DNA of 64,000 bases from positions 384,001 through 448,000 of the forward strand of contig OY970178.1 in the NCBI GenBank assembly GCA_963707915.1. Reading direction: 5' to 3'. Positions within the stretch are counted from its first letter, which is position 1. Each line of letters opens with the position of its first letter. Positions 30,723-41,843 of the stretch are shown here, piece after piece. The position numbers and the translations under genes were made by a program. The notes beneath the pieces were generated by a model. It was not told the DNA's origin, ran no database searches, and saw only the letters and a program-made list of their open reading frames with translations. The stretch comes from Candidatus Eiseniibacteriota bacterium (GTDB taxonomy: Bacteria; Eisenbacteria; RBG-16-71-46).

Positions 30723-31982
30723 TCAGAGCACGCGGTCGAGCGCGGCGACCAGCCGGCCGACCTCGTCCGCGGTGTTGGTGTGGACCATGCTCGCCCTGAC
30801 GACGCCGTTGCACCGGTGCAGGCCGAGGGCCTCGATCGCCCGGTGGGCGTAGAAGTGCCCGTAGCGCACCGCGATCCGCTCGGCGTCCAGCAAGGCGGGG
30901 ATCCCGCCCGAGTCGCGGCCCTCGGCCACGAACGAGACCGTCGGCGCGCGGTCGGCGTCGGCCGCGGCGCGGCCGAGGATGCGCACGCCCCGGCGCGAGC
31001 GCAGGAAGTCGAGCAGCGGCGCGACCAGGGCGGCCTCGTGGGCCGCGATGTCGCCGAAGACGCGCTCGAGCCGCGCGGGCTCGGGGGCGGCCGCGCCCGG
31101 GTGCAGGTGCCCGTCCAGCGCCAGCAGGTACTCGGGGATGGCCGGGAGCGCGGCCGCCAGTTCGTGGGGCACGCTGCCGGGCTCGAGCTTGCCGGGGATC
31201 TCGTGTTCGGGGACGAAGAAGTGGTTCCGTCCCCGGGCGCGCAGCAGCAGGTCCCGCCTGCCGTAGAGCATGCCGAGGTGGGGACCGAAGACCTTGTAGG
31301 CCGAGAGGAAGTAGAAGTCGGCGTCGAGCGCCTTCACGTCCACGCGCCGGTGCGGGGCGCAGGCGACCCCGTCGACGCAGGCCAGGGCACCGGCCTCGTG
31401 GACCCGGCGGATGATCGCCGCCGCGTCGTGGATGGTGCCCGCGAGGTTCGAGCAGTGGGTGAAGCAGACCAGCCGAGTACGTTGGCCGAGAATGGGTTCC
31501 AGTCCTTCGAGCGTCAGCTCGAGGCTCCCGGGGTCGAAGCCCCATTCGCGGATGACGAGACCGTCGGCCGCGAGCGCGCGCCAGGCCCCGATGTTGGCTT
31601 CGTGGTCGAGATTCGTCACCACGATCTCGTCGCCGGGGGAGAACAGCGGCGCCAGCGCGCGGGCCAGCGTGCCGACGTTCGCGGTGCTGGATGGGCCGAG
31701 GACGATCTCGTCGGGCGCGGCGTTCACCAGCCGCGCCATGGCGCGGCGCCCCTCGGCGACCAGCGCCGTGGCCGTGGCCGACTGCCGGTAGGTCGCGCCG
31801 AGCTGGACCTGCCAGCGGCTCATGTAGTCGCGCACCCGCTCGATCGCGCCCGCGAGCGGCACGCTCCCGCCGGCGTTGTCGAACAGCGCCCAGTCGTTCG
31901 ACAGGGCGGGGAAGTGGCTCCGTGCGAACGCGACGTCGAAGGCCGCCGACGCGCCGGGGTGGCCGGGCGTGGTCGGGCTCAC
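30723..31982 (-). CDS. Cysteine desulfurase-like aminotransferase class V
   Basis: Motifs FDNAGGS, LDHEANI, THCSN, VDG, SAYKVFGPH (PLP Lys). GTG start is coupled to the upstream stop. Confidence 0.9.
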   Translation of the reverse strand: MSPTTPGHPGASAAFDVAFARSHFPALSNDWALFDNAGGSVPLAGAIERVRDYMSRWQVQLGATYRQSATATALVAEGRRAMARLVNAAPDEIVLGPSSTANVGTLARALAPLFSPGDEIVVTNLDHEANIGAWRALAADGLVIREWGFDPGSLELTLEGLEPILGQRTRLVCFTHCSNLAGTIHDAAAIIRRVHEAGALACVDGVACAPHRRVDVKALDADFYFLSAYKVFGPHLGMLYGRRDLLLRARGRNHFFVPEHEIPGKLEPGSVPHELAAALPAIPEYLLALDGHLHPGAAAPEPARLERVFGDIAAHEAALVAPLLDFLRSRRGVRILGRAAADADRAPTVSFVAEGRDSGGIPALLDAERIAVRYGHFYAHRAIEALGLHRCNGVVRASMVHTNTADEVGRLVAALDRVL

Positions 31983-32773
31983 GCGAAGAACACCGAGCGC
32001 ATGGACAGCGATCCCAGGTCGAACCCGGTGACCGGGAAGCTGACCGGGGCGGCTTCGCCGGCGGCGCCGGCCGCGTAGAGCAGAGGCAGGTAGTGGTCGG
32101 GCGTCGGGTGGGACATCCGGCCGTTCTCGTCGTCGAGGGCGCGTGCCAGGAAGGCGTGGTCGTGCGTCTCGAGCGCGCGGGCGATCGTGGCGTCGAAGGC
32201 GCTCGCCCACGCGGGCGTCGAGTGGTCGCCGCGCGCGTGGCTGCGCATCGCGTGGCCGAGGTTGTGCACGAGGTTGCCGCTGCCCATCACCAGCACGCCC
32301 TCGTCGCGCAGCGGCGCGAGCGCGCGCCCGAGCGCGAGGTGCGCCGCGGCCGGCAACCCGTCGTGGACGCTGAGCTGCACCACCGGGACGTCCGCCGCGG
32401 GGCGCAGGTGGAGGAGCACGGACCAGGTGCCGTGGTCGATCCCCCACTCGGTGCTGGGCGCCACGTGCGCCGGGCCGACGAGTTCCACGATCCGGCGCGC
32501 CAGCCCGGGGTCGCCCGGTGCCGGGTACTGCACCGCGTAGAGCGCGGGCGGGAACCCGCCGAAATCGTGGATGGTCTCGGGGCGCTCGTTCGCTCCGACC
32601 CAGGTCCCCGGCACGAACCAGTGCGCCGAGACGCAGAGGATCGCCTTCGGCGGGGGCAGCCGCCCGGCCAGCGCGCGGAAGGCCCGGCTCCACTCGTTGT
32701 CCTCGATGGCGTTCATCGGCGAGCCGTGGCCGACGAACAGCACCGGCATGCGGGGCGGCGGGCCGGACGTCAC
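31979..32773 (-). CDS. ygiD: 4,5-DOPA extradiol dioxygenase (YgiD/LigB family)
   Basis: Motifs LFVGHGSPMNA, SAHW, TIHDFGGFP, WGIDHG, GSGNLVHNL, HPTPDHYLPL. Confidence 0.92.
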   Translation of the reverse strand: MTSGPPPRMPVLFVGHGSPMNAIEDNEWSRAFRALAGRLPPPKAILCVSAHWFVPGTWVGANERPETIHDFGGFPPALYAVQYPAPGDPGLARRIVELVGPAHVAPSTEWGIDHGTWSVLLHLRPAADVPVVQLSVHDGLPAAAHLALGRALAPLRDEGVLVMGSGNLVHNLGHAMRSHARGDHSTPAWASAFDATIARALETHDHAFLARALDDENGRMSHPTPDHYLPLLYAAGAAGEAAPVSFPVTGFDLGSLSMRSVFFA

Positions 32774-33330
32774 GAGACGGCCCCGGGCGTCGGGCGGGGG
32801 TCCGCGAGCGCCGCGCGTCGGCCCACGAACGCGAAGACCAGCAGGATGCCGCCGGTCAGCCAGCCCCCCGCGCTGAACGGGGCGCGCACGTAGAGCCCGA
32901 GCGCGAGGCCGAGCGTGACCAGCAGGCCGCAGAGGACGGCGAACTGGCGCATGCCGTACAGGAACACGAACGGCAGGTAGTGCGCCCCGAGCAGGATCAT
33001 GAACGATGGATAGAACCAGTCCGCGCGGTGCAGCGTCGCCGCACCCACCAACGGCAGCCCGAGCGGGAGCGTGAAGGCGACCTGCATGGCGAGACCGTTG
33101 AACGGATGGCCCGGCGGGAGCGAGGCGGGGCGTCGCATCGCGCGCAACACGGCCTGCGTCAGCGGGAAGATGAAGAAGCCGCCGACCACCAGGGCCAGGA
33201 TGGCCTGGCGCGGCGAGCCCCAGGTCCCCAGCGCCGCGGACAGCAGCCAGAGCGCGCCGGAGACGAGCTGCCCGGCGAATCCCCCCAGGAAGGTCGAACG
33301 GACGTCGCGCTGCGCATCACGGACCAGCAT
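32770..33330 (-). CDS. Small multi-pass membrane protein
   Basis: About 6 TM helices, GAHYLPFVFLYG motif, AGGAGG RBS. Confidence 0.8.
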   Translation of the reverse strand: MLVRDAQRDVRSTFLGGFAGQLVSGALWLLSAALGTWGSPRQAILALVVGGFFIFPLTQAVLRAMRRPASLPPGHPFNGLAMQVAFTLPLGLPLVGAATLHRADWFYPSFMILLGAHYLPFVFLYGMRQFAVLCGLLVTLGLALGLYVRAPFSAGGWLTGGILLVFAFVGRRAALADPRPTPGAVS

Positions 33331-33486
33331 GGCTTCCTCCTCCTCGGGGCCGCCGCCATCCTACCGCAGGATGCCCGGCATGGCGGATGCGGGGGGCCGA
33401 CCGGGGTCGGGTGATTCCCGGCCTGGCCCCGCGCATCGTACCCGAGGATGCCGCGCCCCAGGGATCCTGGAAGGGGCATCGTCGCG

Positions 33487-36336
33487 CTACCGGGCCGGCG
33501 ATCCCGCCTCGGGCAGCAGCGTGATGACCGTGTAGCGGTCGAGCGGGAAGTACTTGCGGAAGGTCTCCCGCAGATCCGCCGTCGTCAGCCGGTCGATGCG
33601 CTCGCGGCGGCTGGCGATGCGGCGCGGGTCCCAGCCGAGCCGGTTCACGACCTGCAGAGCACCCAGCCAGTAGCCATTCTCCCGCAACGAGGTCTCCAGC
33701 TCGCGGCGCTGGATCTCCTGCTCGCGCTTCAGGTCGGCGTCCGATGGTCCGGCGTCGCGCAGCTGCCGCACCTCCTCCAGCGCCGTAGCCACCATGGAAT
33801 CCACCCGTGCGGGGTCGCAACCGAACTCGATCGACATCGTGGCGTACCCGGGCAGTGGACTGAGGTAGGAGAACGAGGCCGCGGCGCTGTAGGTGCCGCC
33901 GAGCAGCTCGCGAAGCGACTGGCGCAGGTGCTCGGTGAGGATCGAGGCGCACGAGCGCGCGCGGTGCAGGTCCAGTTCCTCGAGACCGTCGTTGATGAAG
34001 AAGGTGATCCTCGTGCTGCTCTGCGGCTCGACGCCCTTGTGCACCGCGACCTGTCGCACCCCGGCGGGGTAGCGCGGTCCCCGGGCCACGTACGCCGACG
34101 TGCGGCGGCCCGTCGAGGGCAGCGAGGCCAGGTATCGTTCGATCAGCGGCGCCACCGAATCCACCTGGAACGAGCCGACCATGAAGAACGTAAAGTCCGC
34201 GGCGTTGGCGAAGAGCCGGCGGTGGAAGGCGAGCGCGTCCTCCAGCCGGACCGCGTCCAGCTCGGCCACGGTCGGGACCCGATCGAGGTAGAAGCCGCCA
34301 CTGTTCACGGCGATCAGCGTGTCCTCGAACGCCGCGTCCGGGCTGTTCGCGCGCTGGAGCAGGAAGCCGTGGAAGCCCCGTTGCATGGAGATGAACGAGG
34401 CGGAATCCGAGGTGAGATGCGTGAACTCCAGGTGGGCGAGCTGCAGGGCGGTCTCGAGGTCCGCCGGACGCGCCGCGCCCGACAGGCCGTGCACATAGGC
34501 CTCCATGTTTGTCCCCGCGCTCGCGATGCGTCCGGCGAGCAGCTTCTGCACATCGGTCGAGGTGAAGCCGCCGACGCCGCAGCGCCCCACGACGACGGAC
34601 GAGAGGCCGGCGGTGAGGACGGCGGCGGAATCGGCGAGCGAGGTTCCGCCCGGGGCCTCGGCGCTGAAGACGATCTCGTCGGCCTTGAAGTCGGTGGGCT
34701 TGAGCCACACCTCGACCCCGTTCGACAGGGTGAGCACCGTGACGCCGATTTCGTCGAGCGACCGGCGCGAGACGATGCGGCCCGGCGCGGGCAGCGTCTT
34801 CATCAGCACGCTGCCGGCGATGTCGTCCCGCCACGCGGCGAGTGGCCGCTGGCCGGTGCGGGCGGCGAGCGCGCGCAATGTCGCCTCGGCGGGCACGGCC
34901 ACGCCCGGCTTCTCGGGCGAAGAGGCCAGCACGACCCGCCCCTCATCGGGCATCAGCGTGGCGCTGAGCGCGTTGACCTCGTCGAGCGTGATGCCGCCGA
35001 TCAGGGCCTGGGTGATCGTGTGCCGGGCCTCGATCCCCGGCACGGGAACCCCGTTCAAGAAGCCTCTCACGTAGGCTCCGGCGAAGCCCGGGCTCTCGCT
35101 CTTGTCGCGTTCCGCCCAGGCGCGCTCGTCCGCCGCGCGCTGGCTCTCCCGGGCGCGCTCGAGCTCGCTGGCGAGGAACCCGTGCTGGCGGACGCGCGCC
35201 GTCTCCTCGAGGAGCACCGCGAGGCCCTTCTCGATGCCGCCATCCTGCACGGTCGCATACACCAGCCACCCCTCGATCGTGCGGCCGAGCGCGGTGCTGG
35301 ACGCGCCCGCCCACATGATGGGCGAATCCGCCCGGCGCGAGACCTCCGCCAGCCGGGCATTGAGCATCGCCGCATAGAGCCCCACGGCCAGGTCGTTCCG
35401 GAAGTCCGCCACCGTGCGCGTCAGCTCGAGCGGTCGCTTGAAGTACAGCGTGACGTTGGACAGGGTCAGTTCCTTGTCGGTCGCCACCGACACCAGCGTC
35501 TCGCGGTGGAGCGGGATGTCGAAGCGCGGACGGGCCAGCGTGCGGGCCGGCCGCTTCAAGCCGGCGAAGTGCACGTGCAGCAGGCTGTCCATGCGCGCCG
35601 GGTCGACGTCACCCACGATCACGACGGCCATCCGGTCAGGCGTGTACCAGGTGCGGTAGAAGTCGCGAAGCCGCGCCGCTGGAGCGTGCTCGATGATCTC
35701 GGGCCGGCCGATCGGCAGCCGGTCGGCGTAGCGCGAACCGTGATAGAGCACCGGATACTGCTTGCGGGAAACGCGCTCCTCGGCGCCGCGACCGAGACGC
35801 CACTCCTCGAGCACGACGCCCCGCTCCTTCTGGATCTCCGCGTCGGCGAACGTCGCGCGCCCGGCGAAGTCCGCCAGGGCCATCAGGCCGCGGTCCAGCA
35901 GCGTGTCGCGATCGGTGGGTACCTCGAGGCGGTAGACCGTCTCGTCGAACGAGGTGTAGGCGTTCGCATCCGATCCGAAACGCAATCCGATCGCCTCGAG
36001 GTAGGCGATCATCTCCTCGGGCTTGAAATGCTCGGAGCCATTGAAGTCCATGTGCTCGGCGAAATGCGCGAGGCCGCGCTGGTCGTCGCGCTCCGCGGTG
36101 GAGCCCGCGGCGATCGCGAGCCGCAGGGAGACCCGGGCCGCGGGCCGGTCGTTGTGGCGGATGTAGTAGCGCAGTCCGTTGTCGAGCGTCCCGGTTCGCA
36201 CCGCCGGGTCGAAGCGCAGCGAGTCGCCGAGGGCGGGGACGGCCGCGGCGGCCGGGGTCGCATCTGCGGCGCAACCGAGCGCGACGACAGCGGCGAGGGC
36301 GAGGACACGGAGCGGGCGCGGCGGTCGGTTCGTCAC
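33487..36336 (-). CDS. M16 family zinc metallopeptidase (PqqL-like), secreted
   Basis: Motifs LDNGLRYYI, GLAHFAEHMDFNGS (HxxEH), NAYTSFDET, and a second half with LSNG and LRE.LGGTY. Confidence 0.93.
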   Translation of the reverse strand: MTNRPPRPLRVLALAAVVALGCAADATPAAAAVPALGDSLRFDPAVRTGTLDNGLRYYIRHNDRPAARVSLRLAIAAGSTAERDDQRGLAHFAEHMDFNGSEHFKPEEMIAYLEAIGLRFGSDANAYTSFDETVYRLEVPTDRDTLLDRGLMALADFAGRATFADAEIQKERGVVLEEWRLGRGAEERVSRKQYPVLYHGSRYADRLPIGRPEIIEHAPAARLRDFYRTWYTPDRMAVVIVGDVDPARMDSLLHVHFAGLKRPARTLARPRFDIPLHRETLVSVATDKELTLSNVTLYFKRPLELTRTVADFRNDLAVGLYAAMLNARLAEVSRRADSPIMWAGASSTALGRTIEGWLVYATVQDGGIEKGLAVLLEETARVRQHGFLASELERARESQRAADERAWAERDKSESPGFAGAYVRGFLNGVPVPGIEARHTITQALIGGITLDEVNALSATLMPDEGRVVLASSPEKPGVAVPAEATLRALAARTGQRPLAAWRDDIAGSVLMKTLPAPGRIVSRRSLDEIGVTVLTLSNGVEVWLKPTDFKADEIVFSAEAPGGTSLADSAAVLTAGLSSVVVGRCGVGGFTSTDVQKLLAGRIASAGTNMEAYVHGLSGAARPADLETALQLAHLEFTHLTSDSASFISMQRGFHGFLLQRANSPDAAFEDTLIAVNSGGFYLDRVPTVAELDAVRLEDALAFHRRLFANAADFTFFMVGSFQVDSVAPLIERYLASLPSTGRRTSAYVARGPRYPAGVRQVAVHKGVEPQSSTRITFFINDGLEELDLHRARSCASILTEHLRQSLRELLGGTYSAAASFSYLSPLPGYATMSIEFGCDPARVDSMVATALEEVRQLRDAGPSDADLKREQEIQRRELETSLRENGYWLGALQVVNRLGWDPRRIASRRERIDRLTTADLRETFRKYFPLDRYTVITLLPEAGSPAR

Positions 36337-36650
36337 GGGGGCCTCCTGGCGAATGCCGGTATCTCGGCGACCGGCGGGGGCGATCGGTGGCCCCGGCGCT
36401 GGCGGCCCCATCCTATCACCGTCGGCGCTCCGGCCGCCGCGGCCGCGGATCGGGCGCGAGGCACGAGACGGCCGAACAATGTTCGGCGGGGCGGGAGCTG
36501 CTCCGGCCCGGTCGCGGGGGCTGCCGCCCTCGCCCGGGGCGGCCCCGCCCGCGTGCGCGGAGGGGCCCCTTTCCGCTATCTTCTCCCGACGTAGTCAGCA
36601 CCTGCGTATCCGCGGCCGATTGGCATCTTGGGAACCAAGGAGAGTCGACG

Positions 36651-38046
36651 ATGCCCAGCGTGGAAGAGAAGCCCAAGCCGTTCCTGGTACCCGAGTACTG
36701 CAAGGGTTGCGGCCGGTGCGTGAACGTGTGCACCAAGGGCTGCATCGCCTTCTCCGACGAGATCAATCCCGTTACGGGACTCGTTCCGATCGTGCTGGAC
36801 CTGGCGAACTGCACGGGCTGCGGCCTCTGCATCGACGCCTGTCCGGAGCCCTACGGCCTGCGCGCCATGGAGCAGGGCGAGAACTACGAGCTGCTGGATC
36901 CCGCGAAGCTGTTCGGGGCCAAGCCCGAGCCCGTCGCCGCGCCGGTCGACATCCCCGCCCGCCGGATCCCCCTGCCGAAGACCCAGCCGCTCATCATCAA
37001 GGGCAACTACGCGGCCGCCGTGGGCTCGCTGCTGGCCGGCTGCCGCCACTTCTACGGTTATCCCATCACCCCCTCCACCGAGGGCGCGGAACTGATGGCC
37101 AAGCTGCTGCCCAAGCTGAACGGCGTCTTCCTGCAGGCGGTCTCCGAGGTCGCCACCGTGAACCACATGTACGGGACCGGCGGCGCCGGGCTCGGCTCCC
37201 TGACGTTCACCTCCGGCCCCGGCTTCTCGCTGATGCTGGAGGGGATCTCCTACATGGTGGGCTCCGAGCTGCCGGGCGTGTTCGTGAACGTCATGCGCGG
37301 CGGGCCGGGCCTCGGGAACATCGCTCCCGAGCAGTCCGACGTGAAGCTGGCCTGTCACGGCCTGGGTCACGGGCACACGCAGTGCATCACGCTGATGCCC
37401 AGCACGCCGCAGGAGATGCTGGACTACGCCATCCTGGCGTTCGAACTCAGCTTCAAGTACCGGAACCCGGTCGTGATCCTGGCCGACGGCTACCTCGGCC
37501 AGATGACCGGCAAGGTCCAGCTCCCCGACTACATGGTGAAGCCGGGGATCCCCGCGTGGGCGGTCTACGGCGACAAGGGCCACCGCGGCAACCTGGTCTC
37601 CTCCATCCAGCTCCTCGAGCTGGACCTGGAGAAGTTCAACACGCACCTCGAGGAGAAGTACCAGTCCATGAAGGCGGAGGCCCGGGCCGAGTCCTACATG
37701 ACCGATGACGCCGAGGTGCTGCTGGTGGCCTGCAACACGCCCGCCCGCGCCGCCAAGGGCGCGGTGAAGAGCCTGCGCGACGCGGGCGTGAAGGCGGGGT
37801 TGTTCCGCCCGATCACGATCTGGCCCTTCCCGGTCGCAGCAGCTCGAGGCGCTGCTCCCCAGGATCCGGCGCATCGTCGTGGTCGAGGCCAACGCGGGCG
37901 GCCAGATCATGGACGAGCTGCGGCTGAGCATGAGCAAGGCGGGCGTGGAGAAGCTGCCCCCCCTCACGCACGTGCGACGGTTCGGCGGGATGCTGCCCCA
38001 GCAGACCGAGATCGTCGACCACGTCCACTCCATCCTCGGCAAGTAG
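36651..38046 (+). CDS. 2-oxoacid:ferredoxin oxidoreductase ferredoxin(delta)-alpha fusion, with a frameshift at ~37836
   Basis: Two CxxCxxCxxxC motifs; GYPITP, TSGPG, RGGPGLGNI, FRPITIWPFP; the shifted frame continues QQLEALL..VVEANAGGQ..GGMLP. Confidence 0.9.
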
Positions 38047-38056
38047 GGAGGCACTC

Positions 38057-39490
<1,434 letters not shown>

Positions 39491-39504
39491 CCGCTTCACC
39501 GTCG

Positions 39505-39534
39505 ACGAGGGCCCGGCGCACGCCGGGCCTTCGT
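39505..39534 (+). terminator. Hairpin after the oxidoreductase operon
   Basis: ACGAGGGCCCGGC-gcac-GCCGGGCCTTCGT. Confidence 0.55.
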
Positions 39535-39636
39535 GTCGGGGCGAGGAGTGAACGCTTCGTCCCGGTCGGCGGTTGTCCTATCATCGTCGGGCAGAGGTTC
39601 CGTCGGCTCCGACCCCGCACCCGGAGAATCCCGCCC

Positions 39637-41454
39637 ATGCTGCACTCCCGCCATCGCCTCGCCCGGGTCTTCCCGCTGCTCGCCCTCGCCACCCTCGCTC
39701 TCGCCCCCGCGGCCTCGGCCGCGAGCCTCGGGATGGAGAAGATCGACCCCTGGGTGGTCCAGCGCGCGGCCGCCGAAGGGCAGGCGGAGTTCATCGTGGT
39801 GCTGGGGGAACAGGCCGACCTGTCGCCGGCGGCGCGGCTGGCGGACAAGGCGGCGAAGGCCCGCTTCGTGCGTGACGCCCTGTACGCCAAGGCGCAGGCC
39901 ACCCAGGCCCCGCTGCTGGCGACGCTGCGCGCACAGGGGGCGGCGGTCCGCCCGTTCTTCATCGTCAACGCGGTGCTGGTGACGGGACCGCTGGCGCTGG
40001 CGCAGGCCGTCGCGGCCCGGTCCGACGTTGCGCGCATCGACGGCAACCCGGAGCTGCCCGCGCTCCAGCCGGTCGAGCTCACGCTCGAGGAGGTCGAAGC
40101 GGCGGCGCGGAGCGCGATGGCCCCGCAGGCGATCGAGGCGGGGGTCAGCGCCATCCGCGCGCCCGAGGTCTGGGCGCTGGGCTCGACCGGGCAGGGGATC
40201 GTCATCGGCGGCGCGGACACCGGGGTGAAGTGGGACCACGCGGCCCTGGTCGACCACTACCGCGGCTGGAACGGCGTCTCCGCGGACCACGACTACAACT
40301 GGCACGACAGCGTGCACAGCGGCGGCGGGGTCTGCGGTCCCGACTCGCCGTTCCCGTGCGACGACCATGGCCACGGCACGCACACCATCGGCACCGCGGT
40401 CGGTGCGGATGCGAGCGGCGTCAACCAGATCGGCGTGGCGCCCGGGGCGAAGTTCATCGCCTGCCGGAACATGGGGCAGGGGGTCGGAACGCCGGCGCGC
40501 TACCTCGAGTGCATGGAGTGGTTCCTCGCGCCCTACCCGGTCGGCGGGACCCCGGCCGAAGGCGACCCGTCCCGGGCCCCGGACATCACCACCAACTCGT
40601 GGGGGTGCACGGCCTCCGAGGGCTGCGGCCCGGCGACGCTGCAGATGGCGGTCGAAGCGCAGCGGGCCGCCGGGATCCTGTTCGTCGCCGCAGCCGGGAA
40701 CGGCGGGCCGGGCTGCAGCACGGTCTCCGAGCCCGCGGCCATCTACGACGCCGCCTACTCGGTCGGGGCCTACAGCGCCGGCACCGGGACCGTCGCGTCG
40801 TTCAGCAGCCGCGGACCCGTGACGGTGGACGGCAGCAACCGGCTCAAGCCCGACATCGCGGCGCCGGGCGTTTCGGTGCGCTCAGCCTACGTGACGGGCG
40901 GCTACTCGGTGATGAGTGGCACGTCGATGGCGGCTCCGCACGTGGCGGGGGCGATCGCGCTGCTGTGGTCGGCCCGCCCGGGGATGCGCAACGACATCGA
41001 GGAGACCGAGTACATCCTCGACCAGTCGGCCGTGCCGGTGAGCTCGACGCTCTGCAGCAGCGCGGGCGTCCCCAACAACACCTACGGCTGGGGCCGGCTC
41101 GACATCAAGGCGGCGGTCGACCTCGGCTCGACGGTGGCCGTGGAGCCGGGCCTGCCGGACTCGCCGGTCTCCGGCGGCATCTCGCTGGCCCCCGCCTCCC
41201 CGAACCCGGCGCGCCGGTCGACCGCGATCCGCTTCCAGTTGCCGCGCGACGGGTCGATCGATCTCGCGGTGTTCTCGAGCGGCGGTCGGCGAGTGCGCAC
41301 GCTCGCAGCGGGGACGGTCCCGGCGGGCGAGCACGCCTTCCGCTGGGACGGCAGCGACGCGCGCGGCGTGACCGCGCCGCCCGGCGTCTACCACGTGCGG
41401 CTCCGCGTCGGGGACGAGGGCGTGACCCGCAAGGTGATCTGGCTCGGCCCCTAG
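39637..41454 (+). CDS. S8 subtilase with C-terminal FlgD-Ig-like domain
   Basis: Catalytic triad motifs DTG, HGTH, GTSMA; AAGN; signal peptide; C-terminal PNP..GRRVRTL..WDG..GVY. Confidence 0.93.
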   Translation: MLHSRHRLARVFPLLALATLALAPAASAASLGMEKIDPWVVQRAAAEGQAEFIVVLGEQADLSPAARLADKAAKARFVRDALYAKAQATQAPLLATLRAQGAAVRPFFIVNAVLVTGPLALAQAVAARSDVARIDGNPELPALQPVELTLEEVEAAARSAMAPQAIEAGVSAIRAPEVWALGSTGQGIVIGGADTGVKWDHAALVDHYRGWNGVSADHDYNWHDSVHSGGGVCGPDSPFPCDDHGHGTHTIGTAVGADASGVNQIGVAPGAKFIACRNMGQGVGTPARYLECMEWFLAPYPVGGTPAEGDPSRAPDITTNSWGCTASEGCGPATLQMAVEAQRAAGILFVAAAGNGGPGCSTVSEPAAIYDAAYSVGAYSAGTGTVASFSSRGPVTVDGSNRLKPDIAAPGVSVRSAYVTGGYSVMSGTSMAAPHVAGAIALLWSARPGMRNDIEETEYILDQSAVPVSSTLCSSAGVPNNTYGWGRLDIKAAVDLGSTVAVEPGLPDSPVSGGISLAPASPNPARRSTAIRFQLPRDGSIDLAVFSSGGRRVRTLAAGTVPAGEHAFRWDGSDARGVTAPPGVYHVRLRVGDEGVTRKVIWLGP

Positions 41455-41843
41455 GCCGGGGCGGGCAACGAAGCGGCGACGGCCCAGGGCCGAGCCGAGG
41501 CGCCGTGCGCCCGGCCCCGGGCCGTCGCCGTTTCGCCCGATCCGCCCGGACGCGCCGATCGAGCGGTCCGACCGGGCTCTTCCGCGGGTGGCGGGGGCCG
41601 TGAGCCGGCCGGGACCGGCAACGCTCCCGGCCCGTCTTCCGGGGTTGCAGCCTGCACGGTCGGGCGCCGTCCACCCCGGGCGCATGGCGGCGGTGCCTGT
41701 CCTTCCGGTCGCCGCCCGAAGTATCATCAACGGAACCATTCCACGCGAGTGCCGGCAGGAGCAGGACGCGGACCGACCGCAGCATCCGGGCGACGTCGGG
41801 CAGGTCCGGCCCGCACGGGCCGCGTGGGCCCACCCCGAAAGGC